A stretch of 64,000 nucleotides of DNA, taken from NCBI GenBank assembly GCA_030390025.1, contig CM059431.1, positions 126,916,001 through 126,980,000 on the forward strand, read 5' to 3'. Shown one piece after another: positions 1-12,078 of the stretch (its first letter is position 1; each line of letters starts with the position of its first letter). The notes under the pieces are model-generated. The model was not told where the DNA came from. It worked only from the letters and a program-made list of their open reading frames with translations, and searched no databases. The position numbers and the translations under genes were made by a program. The stretch is from Squalus acanthias. Its lineage: Eukaryota.

Positions 1-1775
1 TGAGTTTGCTTACACTATAGAAGACTGAAAGAGAATCTTATTGAGGTATTCAAGATCCTTAAGGATGTTGAACCTGAGCAGCATCAGTAATTTTAATAGG
101 CAGCTTTACAGACATTTGACAACAAAATCGATTGAATGATGCAGGTAGGCAACTGCGTATTCTATTTTTGAGCTCAGGGTCGAAACAATCTTTTCCAGTC
201 TTATAGAGTCTTGCATTCCTACTGATTCTTGCTACTTGCAACTCTTCACATTCGGAATCCTCAATCACACCGGGTCTGAAATTCCACAAAGTATTCACCT
301 TCTGGTGTACATTTGTAACTTTTTCATTAAAGTTATCAACAGATAAATTTCACTACTCCTCCATCTGTTTTTTTTTCATTGACTTACGGCAATTGAACCT
401 TTATTTTCTGAACAATGAAAAAATTGCATTGCAAGATATGGTAACAGTGAATTAATTTTATAAGTTGTGAAGGCAAGCTTAAGATTGTTATAGTGCTCTA
501 GTCACACACAGCTATTCCTTTAAAGGAGTTTCCTAACTGTTCTGTTGATCATGGTCTTGTTTGTTTGTGATATAGGTTACCCTCTTATTTGGGAGACTCC
601 TGACCCCTTATTCAGCATTCCTTGCTGACAAAAGACCTCTCCTTGCTGACAAAGCTTTTCCTTGCTAAATATTATCCATAGCCTAAAGAATTCTGGGAAT
701 GAGCAACTTAACCATTTTATTATTTCCAGCTACAGTCCAAGTATACAAGCTATTTATAAGTGAAAAGAAAGCAAAAAACCTTAATCATATGAGATTAAAC
801 CAAATCCTAATCCTACGTATATATGTATATAAGAATAGGGTAGCTTACACCTTGTATATCATGAATTGCTTTGTGCTACTTTGCTACTGAACACTGGAGT
901 AGTTGCAGGAGTAGCACTGGAGAATAGCTGCAAGCATACAGAAGCTTCACTACCTATATCTAACCTTGTTAGATCGGCAACTGTTCCAGGATCACTGATG
1001 CTACAGTCATTGTGGGATAACTAATTTCTGAGGTGCCATCTGCTAACAATTGTGCACAGCTCGGCTTTAAAGCAGAATTGCTGTTGAAACAAATATAAAT
1101 CTCTGCAGCTTTGATACTCCACGCAAGGCACTGGAAGTGTGACTATTCGGGAAAGGTGCTCTTACTTTGACAATGGTTTGTATAATTGAGGTCTCGAAGG
1201 CAGACATCACTGGTGCTGCCACGTGCTCAATGAAAGCCTGCAGTGCAGATAACTGTTGCTGTATGACATCATTCATATGAGAGTTGGCAGCACATATCTG
1301 AGCGTTGGATTTCTCCAAACTGCACAGATCATCTTCCAGTGTCATTGACCAGAGGCAAGTGGCTCCTCAATAAGGCCTGATGCTGCAATAGTTTCTGTTT
1401 CAATGCAATCCCACTAAGATCTAAATTGCCTCACAAGGTGGAAAACAGGCACGGTGCAAACAAATTTATTGCCTTAAACTTTTTCAAATTTTTGGGATCA
1501 ACTGGCTTATTAACAGCTTCAGAAGCGTGAAAGATTTTTATAATTGTGATTGGCTGCTATATTTTCACTGCCACTTTGAAAGTTGGTTATCCCAGAGCTA
1601 GCATTTTAGAATGAGCCATAATCTGCTGATATCATTTGGGGGATCTGTTAAATGTTGAAACACAGCCTTTAAACCTGTTTTTTTAATGAACCAAGGACTG
1701 TCAGGCTCTGGATATTAAGTTTACAATCCAATAATTCCCAGGACTATGCTTTGACTTGTTTTAGAGAAGATAGTA

Positions 1776-2324
1776 CAGGAAACCCTTTGTTATCCGGCAC
1801 CGACGGGACCGGGATGGTGCCGGTTGATTAAAAATTCCGGATGACGGAGAGGGTTATCTACCGAGGCTATTTTTAACAAACAAAAATAAAAAAATCAAGA
1901 AATGTGCAGTATACAGTAATTGGGTACTCACCTACAGAATGTTGTGTTAAGTGGATGGTGGAAGATGCTTGATTAAGTACAGTGCTTGGACCAACTTTTG
2001 GGAATTCCATAATGCAAGATGGGGGAGATAATTCACAATAAAGATGGAGAGACACACAGAAAAATGGCGGATCGGAAGAGACTACTGGCAGCGCGGGAGA
2101 GTCAGACTCCTGTTATTGAGGTGTTTGGACTTCCGACAGCGCCAAGAAGCCGAGTAGTGGCGGTTTGGAGAACTACCCCCACTGACTAACTCGGCCACCA
2201 CAGGAGACTCGGACTCGGACTTGGCAACATTTCCGGTTATTGAGGTGTTGTTTTCGGAGTATGAATTTTGCCGGTTAATAGAGAATTCCGGATATTTAGG
2301 TGCCGTTTAAACGAGAGTTTCCTG
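1776..2324. mobile_element. Tc1/mariner (pogo/Tigger-like) MITE, 549 bp
   Basis: Imperfect TIRs CAGGAAACCCTTTGTTATCCGGCACC ... GGTGCCGTTTAAACGAGAGTTTCCTG, flanked by TA at 1774-1775 and 2325-2326. No coding capacity. Confidence 0.85.
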
Positions 2325-2519
2325 TACCTTACAGATTCCTGGTGTTACCTCCATGTACAGCAAGTCTTGTGCTCTCATTGTTTTGTGCTTTCACAAGCAA
2401 TCAATTTTGGACCTGTTGTTTTAAGAATTTCTAAATATTGACCATTTACCTCTAGCATCTATTGTCTCCATAAACTTGGATCTCTCCTCCATTATTTAGT
2501 TGCCTGTTTGGGAGCACCT

Positions 2520-2790
2520 CCCAGCCCTGAAACCTCTGATACTCAGAAGGATAATAGCAGCAATGTCATGGGGAAACCATCACTACCAAGTTCCCTTCCA
2601 AGTACGCAACATTCTGACTTGGTTATAAATTGCCATTCCTTTATTCCCTACCTAATGCCATTGTGGGAGTGCCATCACCAGAACGACTGCGGTGGTTCAA
2701 TATAAGGACAACCACCACCTTTCCAAGGAAACTATGGATGGCCAATAAAATACCACCTTGACAGTATCGCCCGCACCCCGAGAACAAATA
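2520..2790 (+). mobile_element. Degraded 3' end of a CR1/L2-group LINE (same family as 6389-7550)
   Basis: Resembles the 3' ends at 29520-29781 (+) and 6389-6660 (-). Boundaries approximate. Confidence 0.6.
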
Positions 2791-3039
2791 GGAACGTATA
2801 GTTGGGAATGTTATCGATATCATTTGTACTGAAAAATCTGTTAAATGCCTATGTGCAGTTATCCTCACCATTATTTTTGCCTTCTTTTTTGCCTACTACT
2901 GCATGGGATCATGCTATTCACAAATTGATTGGCACCTTTGTCTAGCTAAGAACCTTGACTGCACTTCAAAAGTAATTCATTGGATGTGAAGCACTTTAGG
3001 ATGTCCTAAGAATGTGATACGGTACTATGCACTGAGGGT

Positions 3040-3571
3040 AGCAAGGGTACAGAATGCACTCTGGGTGAGGCACTTCAATGTCCATCTCAAGAGTGGCTAA
3101 GAGTTACCACAACTGACTGAGCTGGCCAAGTCCTGAAGGACACAACTGCCAGACATGCGGCAGGTGGTGAGAAGAAACAACACAAGAGAAGAACCTACTG
3201 GACATCCTCATCAATATACCTGATTCAGAAATATCTGTCTAATGACAGCATTGGTAGGAGTGATCACTGCACAGTTCTTGTGGAGACCAAGTCCCACCTT
3301 ATCATTGAGGACACCCTCTGTCGTGGTATGTGACACTAACAGCATGCAAAGTGAGATAGGTTAAGAAGAAATCTAGCTGCACAAAACTGGACATCCATGA
3401 GGCACTGAGGGCCATCAGCAGCAGCAGAATCGTATACCGCCACAATCTGTAACCTCATGGTCTGGCATATCCCTCACTCCTCCATCACCATCGACAGATG
3501 ACTAACCCTGGTTCAATGAGTGCGGAAGAGCATGCCAGGAGCAGCACCAGGCATTCCTGAAAATTAGGTGT
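3040..3571 (+). mobile_element. Degraded LINE endonuclease-region fragment; left half of the LINE split by ERV-B
   Basis: LINE-like sequence ends ...AAAATTAGGTGT and resumes GTGTAAACCTGGTGAAGCTACAACACAGG at 28734. It continues at ~29225-29303 and ~29782-30170. Confidence 0.7.
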
Positions 3572-4337
3572 TGTAAGCCTTTCTCTTACTCGAGAATTAC
3601 GAATAAGCGTTACAATGACAGATAAGTATGTGATCAATAAAACTGGTCTTTATTCACACTACAGTTCAAAATTCAAGTGTACATCGCAATCAATATGCTC
3701 CCAATTTACCGTACATAAACAGTATTCCCCAGCAACTTATACGCTAACTCCTGCCGATTTATATCCCAAGTCAACCGTACATAAAAATACCCTTTAACAA
3801 TATCTAAGATCTATGGCCGACTTTCATACATACTCCTTTATCTCTGGGTGATCGGTTCAGAAAAGTCGTAAGTTGCAAACATAGACTGGCCAGCTTTCTT
3901 TGTTCCTCTCTTCTTCCTTCTTCTTCCTTCTTTTGGAATTTCCCGCTTCTGGGTCATTCCTTTATAGTGCCTTTCTGCCGGCCCGCCTCGTAGTTCTTCA
4001 TCTGCTTCCCTCTGATAGGTCAGTTTCACTCCCAACCTTCCCTGATTGGAGTTCCTTCTGCATGACACGTTTATGTTCCTGTGATGTGTGTGCGGGCAAG
4101 ACTTCCTCTGCAGCCCGTGTTTCTCCTTCCTGTCCATATGGTCTTACAAACAAAGGACCATATGCTGACCACCTGACAATGGACCCCCTGCTGAGTTCCT
4201 CCATTTTGTCTCTTCACAAACAAAGGAATACATGCTGATCCTACATTTTGAATATTCTGTAGCCATTTCACAATTCGTTCTGAACTTCGATCTCCACATG
4301 GTAGTAACGGTTTTATTACGGTTTTGAGAATCTTACA
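3572..4337 (-). repeat. ERV-B 3' LTR (766 bp)
   Basis: TG...CA ends. Homologous to 26361-26559 plus 28170-28733. Minus-strand AATAAA at 3649-3654. Confidence 0.93.
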
Positions 4338-4350
4338 GTCCTCCCTTAAA
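4338..4350 (-). promoter_or_regulatory. Polypurine tract of ERV-B
   Basis: Minus strand reads TTTAAGGGAGGAC immediately before the LTR start TGTAAGA. Confidence 0.75.
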
Positions 4351-5196
4351 TGTCTATTAATGTTTATTCATGTGCAGACATTTCACCAGAGTTGGAGTTG
4401 TATGCATTCCGATCGGACATAGTCCTCTTTTATCCCCTACAATACAATATCTATATCCCCATTTCACATTATTAAAGCTGATCCCGTAACAGTTCCATCG
4501 CACGCTTAAGTTTTCTTCCCTTGTTCTTTCTTTGTTAATGTCTTGCCCGCATTCCCCACTCCCACATAAGCACGATCACACACATTAGCTGTAACCATAG
4601 CAGAGCTTGTGAGCACAGTCTTACCCATGGAGCTAAGTCTATACGATTAAATCCCAAATCCCACCAAGAAGTTGCCTCGTTTATTAACAAGGTTATTATG
4701 CTGTCATTAGCATCATTCTCCTTTTTAATACTGAGAATGTCCTTCCCACTCCTCCAATCCGTTTCACAAACTCAGTGAGATTTTCATTTATCCAAAGTAA
4801 CCCATATCCAAAGTTGGACACGTATTTCTCCAAATCTTCTATCCCGAATAGTCCTGTTCCCGATTTTTACCATCCTTTTAGGTTCAATATACATAGTACT
4901 GTTAGATACCAGACATATTGTAGCATTCTTTTGCCCATATTTATAATTTGTTCCTGTGGTGGTCCAACAATAGACACCCTGTTCCTTATAAACAATGGTG
5001 GTACATTGTGTCGACCTTACGACAGTGACCTGACACTGATACTTGGACATCCTATTGGCTCTTCATTGTCCAAGACATTATACATACACATGGTGGTTCT
5101 TCCTTGGGTCTTAAATAGATATGATTTTACCTCATAGAGAGATTGGTTATATTTAACAACATATCCGGGTGATGATGTATATTTATATAAAATATC

Positions 5197-5959
5197 GGCC
5201 CAAAAATTCGGCCCTTCCCGTGTGAGTGCACAGTGTAGACTCACCCGTAATGCTTTCCGAAGTGCTGGTTTCCTGCATGCACTGCGCATGCGCGGGAAAC
5301 CGGAACTTCCGGTATGGTGAAGGGGGCGGTTCCTAGGTGAACCGCGTGTGCGCTAGAGGCTGCGCGCACGCAGCACACTTAGATTTTTTTCAGGTTTCTA
5401 CGCGAGGGTAAGTATTGAAGATACTACGCTAATAAAAAGAAGGCGTAAGACCCCTTTTGAACAAGGTAAGTGGTTAATTAAGTATAATTTTAATTTTTTT
5501 TCAACAGGTTTATCTTTTTTAGATACTTTAAAGAAAGGTAAGTTTATTTTTATAACTTTTAAAAAGTATTTTAATTTTTTCAAAAATTTAAATTTTTGTT
5601 TAAAGTGGTTAATTTATTTAACTATAGTTATTTTATAAATGTGATGGTTTTTTTTAAATTTATTTTAAGTTTAGCTGTTCTTTTGAGGCCGATTTCAATT
5701 CACAGATTTGACAGGTCTCCTGTCAAATCTATGAATGAAAGATGGTCTGCTGCCATTGGCTCTCCATGGCCCACGTGATCCCAGGGGTCGCATCGCACTA
5801 ACTGCGCACCCTGGAACACGCAAGCACTGCGCGCCAGCTCTTGGGAGAGGCCCAGGACCCGAAGTTCCCGTGGGCCCAAAACACAACGGCAGGCGCGGTA
5901 GGTAAGAGAGCATGCGATCCTTACCCCCGCGGCAAGCCGGCCACGCGAATTTCTGGGCC
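5197..5959. mobile_element. Non-autonomous DNA transposon (Harbinger-like MITE), 763 bp, inserted in ERV-B env
   Basis: TIRs GGCCCAAAAATTCG / CGAATTTCTGGGCC, GC-rich ends and an AT-rich core. Flanked by AATATC on both sides; the env frame FLKD-ILYKY is restored on removal. Confidence 0.85.
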
Positions 5960-6388
5960 AATATCTTTCAGGAAACCCATATTGGCTACCTTACACACCC
6001 ACAGTGGTGCCCAAGGTTTGGACATTATGGGCATTCATCAAATGATTCCTATCAAGCTATCATCACTAGTCTGATTACATTTGTGTGGCGCGACATGTAC
6101 CACAGTAAGACTTCGCAACTGACACACTGTAAAATTTGACTGATAACTTTCTGCTGCCTTAAGGTGTTTATCTTCCATCCAATTGGAACCCTTCCCTCAG
6201 CTATTCTATTCAAATTTCTCCCTATGTCCTGTAGAATCCAAGAAATTATCATTGCACATGCATCATTTTGTGCTGCCTGATCAGAAGCGTTTCTATCCTC
6301 CCTTGTCAAATTGTTTATGGCCTGTGCCTGATTTTTGCAACAATTTGACCAAACCTTGCATGTGAATTGTCAAGGTCAATTCTGCTTC

Positions 6389-7550
6389 TTTTTTTTTTAT
6401 TCGTTTATGGGATCTGGGCATCGCTGGCAAGGCCAGCATTTATTGCCCATCCCTAGTTGATCTTGAGAAGGTGGTGGTGAGCCGCCTTCTTGAACCGCTG
6501 CAGTCCGTGTGGTGAAGGTACTCCCACAGTGCTGTTAGGTAGGGAATTCCAGGATTTTGACCCAGCGACAATGAAGGATCGGTGATATACATCTAAGTCA
6601 GGATGGTGTGTGACTTGGAAGGGAACTTGGAGGTGGCGGTGTTCCCATGTGCCTGCTGCCCTTGTCCTTCTAGCTGGAAGAGGTTGCAGGTTTGGGAGGT
6701 GCTGCCGAAGAAGCCTAGGCGAGTTACTGCCATACATCTTGTAGATGGTACACACTGCAGCCACGGTATGCCAGTGGTGGAGGGAGTGAATGTTTAAGGT
6801 GGTGGATGGGGTGCCCATCAAATGGGCTGCTTTGTCCTGGATGTTGTCAAGCTTCTTGAGTGTTGTTGGAGCTGCACTCATCCAGGCAACTGGAGAGTAT
6901 TCCATCACACTCCTTACTTGTGCCTTGTACATGGTGGAAACCCTTTGGGGAGTCAGGAGGTGAGACACTCGCCGCAGAATACCTAGCCTCTGACCTGCTC
7001 TTGTTGCCACAGTATTTATGTGGCTGGTCCAGTTAAGTTTCTGGTCAATGGTGACCCCCAGGATGTTGATGGTGCGGGATTCGGTGATGGTAATGCTGTT
7101 GAATGTCAAGGGGAGGTGTTTAGACTCTCGCTTGTTGGAGATAGTTATTGCCTGGCACTTCTGTAGCGCAAATTTTACCTGCCACTTATCACCCCAAGCC
7201 TGAACATCATCCAGGTCTTGTTGCATGCGGGCATGGACTGCTTCATTATCTGAGGAGTTGGGAACGGTGCTGAACACTGTGCAGTCATCAGCAAACATCC
7301 CCCTGTCTGACCTTATGTTGGAGGGAAGGTCATTGATGAAGCAGCTAAAGATGGTTGGGCCTAGGACACTGCCCTGAGGAACTCCTGCAGGATGTCCTGG
7401 AGCTGTGATGATTGACCTTCAATCACCACAACCATCTTCCTTTGTGCTAGGTATGACTCCAGCCAGTGAAGCGTTTTCTCCCTGATTCCCATTGACTTCA
7501 GTTTTACTCGGGCTCCTTGATGCCGCACTCAGTCAAATGCTGCCTTGATG
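6389..7550 (-). mobile_element. 5'-truncated CR1/L2-group LINE with poly(A) tail, inserted in ERV-B env
   Basis: ORF 6453..7298 encodes the RT C-terminus (FADD; KAQVRSVMEYSP). The T-run at 6389-6398 is the poly(A) tail. Confidence 0.9.
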
Positions 7551-7637
7551 TACTTTACCTATGCTATTCTGGTTTCTTAATGCCTGCTGTACCTTTTCTC
7601 TCAATTTTCCCAATTGATAGTTCAAGCTCATAATATC

Positions 7638-8117
7638 TGAAGTAAGATATTAAAAAATTGGACATAACAAGGGCAAGACGGGCATGACTCATTTGCAGAA
7701 AAGCAGGCCTATAACGAGATTAACAGAAGCAGGCCTATAACGAGATTAACAGAAGCAGGCCTATAACGAGATTAACAGAAAACGGCTAGCACAGTTCTGG
7801 AAACCACATCATGGGCTAGCACAGCATTGTGTGTAAATTATGTGTTGTCTTTGTATAAACCGCCACCCTCGGATAATGAGTAAATGTGTAACTTTTAAAA
7901 TTAATTGGATCTCCGTAAGGGTAAGGCAGAAATGTTGTATAAATATGTGTGTGCTTTGATTAGCTCGGTGGAGTTGGACTTACGCAGCGATGTAAGAGGT
8001 TCTCCCCAGGCCTGAATAAACCGTTGTGACTTCAATTACTTGGTCTGTCTTTCTTTCAACAAGCCAGTAGCGTCGACCTTGTATATCACTTGGTCCGCAC
8101 TTTGGGGGCTTACTTCA
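7638..8117 (+). repeat. ERV-A 5' LTR (480 bp)
   Basis: Three 26-bp U3 direct repeats (AAGCAGGCCTATAACGAGATTAACAG, 7701-7778), TATAAATA at ~7938 and AATAAA at 8015-8020. Confidence 0.97.
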
Positions 8118-8119
8118 AT

Positions 8120-8137
8120 TGGCGACGAGGATGGGAT
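8120..8137 (+). promoter_or_regulatory. Primer binding site, tRNA-Ser(GCT)
   Basis: TGGCGACGAGGATGGGAT, 2 nt after the LTR, complementary to the 3' end of vertebrate tRNA-Ser(GCT) as I recall it (...ATCCCATCCTCGTCGCCA). A splice donor GG|GTGAGT follows at ~8183. Confidence 0.88.
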
Positions 8138-8704
8138 ACGCGATCTGAACAAAAACTCTCGGACAGCGATAACCTAAGACGGGTGAGTACGTTTAAAATT
8201 ACCACCTGTAAAATTAGAGGTTAATCGCTGGTGAGACGTTAAGTAACTATAGTACAAAAGAACTATAAAAAGAAAGACACCTTTAATTGAAGGCGGTTAA
8301 AACTGCCGGACTGCGGTACCGGAAAACAAAGGTTTAGAAACCCGGTAGGCCCACGAGGTGCGGCTCTTAAGAAGTAGTTAAATGGGTTGTTTTAACACTG
8401 GGTGAAGGACGAGTCCTTCTGGCCGAAAAGTAGACTAAGCGCGTGACTGCTTAAAGTATAAGGAGATCCGTTGTGTCAATAAAGTATAAAGTTGAACTGG
8501 GAATCACGGAGTGATCGACTCGGACAAGGGCGGTGCCTCTCTCAAACACCTAGCCTGAGCCTGAATTAAGAGGACGTAGTCCCACGTGACGGCCAGGATC
8601 AAGTAGGCGTAGGGACTACAAAGCACCACAGGATCGTGATCACGTGACAAGTAAGGGTGTATAAAATATTGAATAAAGTATAGGAGTACTCGAAAACTTT
8701 GGAT

Positions 8705-10232
8705 ATGACTAGTAAAGAGGATAAGGAACCCTGGGGAGACCCAGAGTCTGTAACACGATATGTTTATGACAAGAATAAAAAACTAATTGAAAAAATGAGG
8801 AACCGGGACGATAAACTAGACACACAAAGGGACTGGTGGATGAAACAAACCAAAAATAAATTGGAAAAAGCGTACATTATCGTGGCGGCACGTTACCATC
8901 GGGAATGTATGCTCCAGCGCGGAGTCCTTAAGACATATCCAGTAGCTGCAACCTCCCCAAACCCGGGTGACTCCTGGGAAAAGGTATACCCGGAACTGCC
9001 CCAGTGGGGGGCCGACCGGCTGTCCTCCCCCGTATTCAGGACACCAGTCGGTGGTCCCGGAGCCTGTTCCGATGGCACCAGTGACACTGCAATATAGGCT
9101 GGCAATCCCCGCGGTCCCGGCAGTTCCGGCGGCGGGGGGAAATCCGGCCGTTCCGGCAGTACCGGGCAGGCCGGCCACCACAACGATGACGTACACACCG
9201 TTAAGCCTGCAGGATCGGGTGATTCTCCTCAACGAATTACCAACCTTAAAACACCGGCAGAATAATCAGACATTCTGGCACAAACTGCGCGAAGTACGCA
9301 TAAACCATGCCCTACATAGTATAGATATCGATCAATTGGTACGAGCTAAATGTCCCGAGGAACAGTGGAGATTAGTGCAGGACAACCACGGAAATGGCCA
9401 GTGGGCCGCAAATACAGGACAGACAATCCAACAATTAAACACTGAGTTCGACCAACTCAAGGCCGCTGTGGAAGCAGCAATGGGACAGGCCCCCGTAAAT
9501 TGGGCAGCTAAAAGCGGAATCACACAAAAAAAGGGAGAAAGCGCCATCGATTATGGAAAACGAAAGTGGTCCGCCTCTGAGGGTAACTGTGGGATCCCAG
9601 GCCCCTTAAACAAAAACAACGCTTGTTTTCTGCAAACATTTAAACAGGGACTAAGTCCAATGCACCAGAATGCAATAAAAATGGGGCTAGTGGTCCACAA
9701 TAATTGGGATGATTTAATACAGTGGGCGTGCGAAGTAGATAATCAGGCCCAAGAACAAGCCAAACCTAAAATAGCTGCTCTAAGGACGGATAATGACAAT
9801 GAAGATGCATTAAGTGTGGCGGCATGCTTCGGTTGCGGACAGGAGGGCCACATGAAAAGGGATTGCCCGAGGCAACAGAACAATCAGACATCTCAGCAAA
9901 AGGCTTCCTGTCATAACTGTGGAAAACCAGGGCATAGGAAACAACATTGTTGGAATAAAGGAGGAGGAAGGGAAGGTCAGGGACCCAGACAGGGAGGAAA
10001 CCCGGGGTCAAGTATTGGAAGGTCAGAAAATAACGAGGAAAACGTGGCGAAACTGATCAAGAAGGGAATGCAGGACTGGGAGGATGACAGGGAAAGAGAA
10101 GAAAGGAAGAGGAGAAAGAGTAGGAAGTATAAGAGAGACGATTCCTCAGACACCTCCGACGAGGAAGACATAGTGGAGCTGACAAGGAAAATGGAAAAAC
10201 TGGTCAAACAAATAAAAAAGGGCAATGCCTGA
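8705..10232 (+). pseudogene. gag: ERV-A gag with one frameshift near 9000-9015
   Basis: ORFs 8699..9097 and 8967..10232. Late motifs YPEL and PPPY, MHR-like ITQKKGESAIDY, and two CCHC knuckles (CFGCGQEGHMKRDC, CHNCGKPGHRKQHC). Confidence 0.92.
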
Positions 10233-11031
10233 CAGGTAGCGGCCCTCGGAGACCCGGCAAAGAGAGACCCTAGAATGTTTATTGAGGCACTGGTAGGGGG
10301 CCGACAGTGCAGAATACTCATAGACACCGACCGGGGCAGCAATATCTCTAACAAACGTACCCTTGCCGCAAACCAAGAAAAATATTTTTATATCCGGGAT
10401 AGGGGGAGTAAAAATTAAAGCATGGGAAAGTGAGACAGCATTACTAGAATTAGGAAAAATCATTATACCTACATGTTTCTGGATCTGTGAAAATACTGAG
10501 GGGACCATCCTGGGTATAGACATACTAAGGGAAGTGGGAGTTTTAATAGACCCCAAGCAGGATAAGTTGCTATGGCCCGATAACCATAAGGAAGAGAGAC
10601 ATAAATCAAAGGGATCCAAGACAGCATGCGCCATCAGCACTCTCCGAATAATAGACCCCAAATGGGACGAAAAGGGAGGATGGGGGGAAATTTGCCACCG
10701 ATTCCCCGAACTATGGGCCAAACACAAGCAGGACTGTGGACTGGTCAAGATAAACCCAGCCAGAGTCCCCGGGCCAACCCACCGACCCCATAAACAGTAT
10801 CCCCTAAAAATGGAGGCCCAGACAGCCGTACAAAGTATAGTATTGGAACTAGTTAAACAAGGAATTTTGCGAGCAACAGTGTCCGGCACTAATTCTCCAG
10901 TATGGCCCGTAAAGAAACCTAATGCGTCATATCGACTTACAATCGATTACACAGCCTTAAATAAAGTGACCCCAAAGGAATATCCAATTGTAGCAAGCCC
11001 AGCTACTATCTTTATACAAAGAACCCGATGA
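10233..11031 (+). pseudogene. pol: ERV-A protease plus N-terminal RT, truncated
   Basis: In frame after the gag TGA: QVAALGD...CRILIDT. A 4-bp duplication breaks the DTGAAIS motif. RT motif NSPVWPVKKPNASYRLTIDYTALNKVTP is present; homology stops at ~11013 with no YxDD, RNase H or IN. Confidence 0.92.
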
Positions 11032-11620
11032 GTAACCCAGAAATCATATTGCACAAGGAAAGCAAGGATTATTGGCATAAAGTCCAAAAGGAGCCGGACG
11101 ACCTTGTATTCGCGTTAATAGAATCCTGTTGCATAATGATAGTAATATTCTTCATGGTCTGTATGTTTCAATAGATCTGGGAAACTGGCCAGGAGAGAAG
11201 AGACTGGAAAAGGATTGAGTCAATAAGGATGAACTAAAATAAACTAATCACACAACTCTCTAAAAAATTACAGAAAACGGAACACTTAATGAAACCAATG
11301 CCTGCTAACAAACAAAGGTTACAAGATGAGGAAGTGGAAGGCATTCTACTAATTTAATTGGATGTATCTGCATGGCTTGAATAATTGTAGGTTCTGTATG
11401 CGTCTATCAAGGAGTGTGTATCCGGGTACGGGGTAACCCAAGGCCCGAGATAGTAGAAGTAGTAAGAATGGAATAATTAACTGCTGGTGACGACCAGCCT
11501 TGTATTTCCACAGGACAAATTAGAAGAACGACGGAAGAAGGGACGGCCGACAACAAGGAACAAGATGATCAAGTATCTGCTTATATATGGCCTTATAGGC
11601 CTAGGCGTACTCCATAATGT

Positions 11621-12078
11621 AGAAACATAGAAACTAGGAGCAGGAGTAGGCCATTCGGCCCGTCGAGCCTGCTCCACCATTCAATACAATCATGGCTGAT
11701 CATCCAAATCCAGTACCCTGTCCCTGCTTTCTCACACAGCATCCCCCCAGTACAGATAGGGGCCATCTCGGCCCATCGAGCCTGCACCAATCCCACCCTA
11801 TTCCCCGTAACCCCACGTATTTAATTCCCCCTAACATATCCCATCCTATCCCCGTAACCCCGCATATTTAATCCCCCCTAACACTAAGGGTCAATTTATC
11901 ATAGCCAAATCAACCTAACCCGTGCATTTTTGGACTGTGGGAGGAAACCGGAGCACCCAGAGGAAACCCACGCAGAGAATGTGCAAACTCCACACAGACA
12001 GTCACCCGAGGTCAGATTTGAACCCAGGTCCCTGGCGCTGTGAGGCACCGGTGCTAACCACTATGCCACCGTGATGCC
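11621..12078 (-). mobile_element. tRNA-derived shark SINE (HE1/V-SINE type) with CR1-derived tail
   Basis: Minus-strand head GGCATCACGGTGGCATAGTGGTTAGCAC with B box GGGTTCAAATC, central GTGTGGAGTTTGCACATTCTC domain, and a TTTCTATG-type tail. Confidence 0.88.

Noticed and set aside
59..1345. Minus-strand ORFs 59..298 and 1067..1345 as host exons
   Set aside because: No recognisable domain and stops nearby. The second may be a decayed Harbinger Myb C-terminus, but I cannot support that.
3838..4137. Basic 99-aa ORF in the ERV-B LTR as a Tat/Rev-like gene
   Set aside because: The RRRKKR tract comes from a purine-rich run and is truncated in the other LTR. There is no evidence beyond LTR identity.
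7701..7778. CRISPR-like arrays (also 13769-13984 and 35751-36057)
   Set aside because: These are head-to-tail repeats with no unique spacers, in a eukaryotic context with no cas genes.
12000..12078. tRNA genes (also ~28770-28840)
   Set aside because: These are tRNA-derived SINE heads with A/B boxes followed by SINE bodies, not full cloverleaves.
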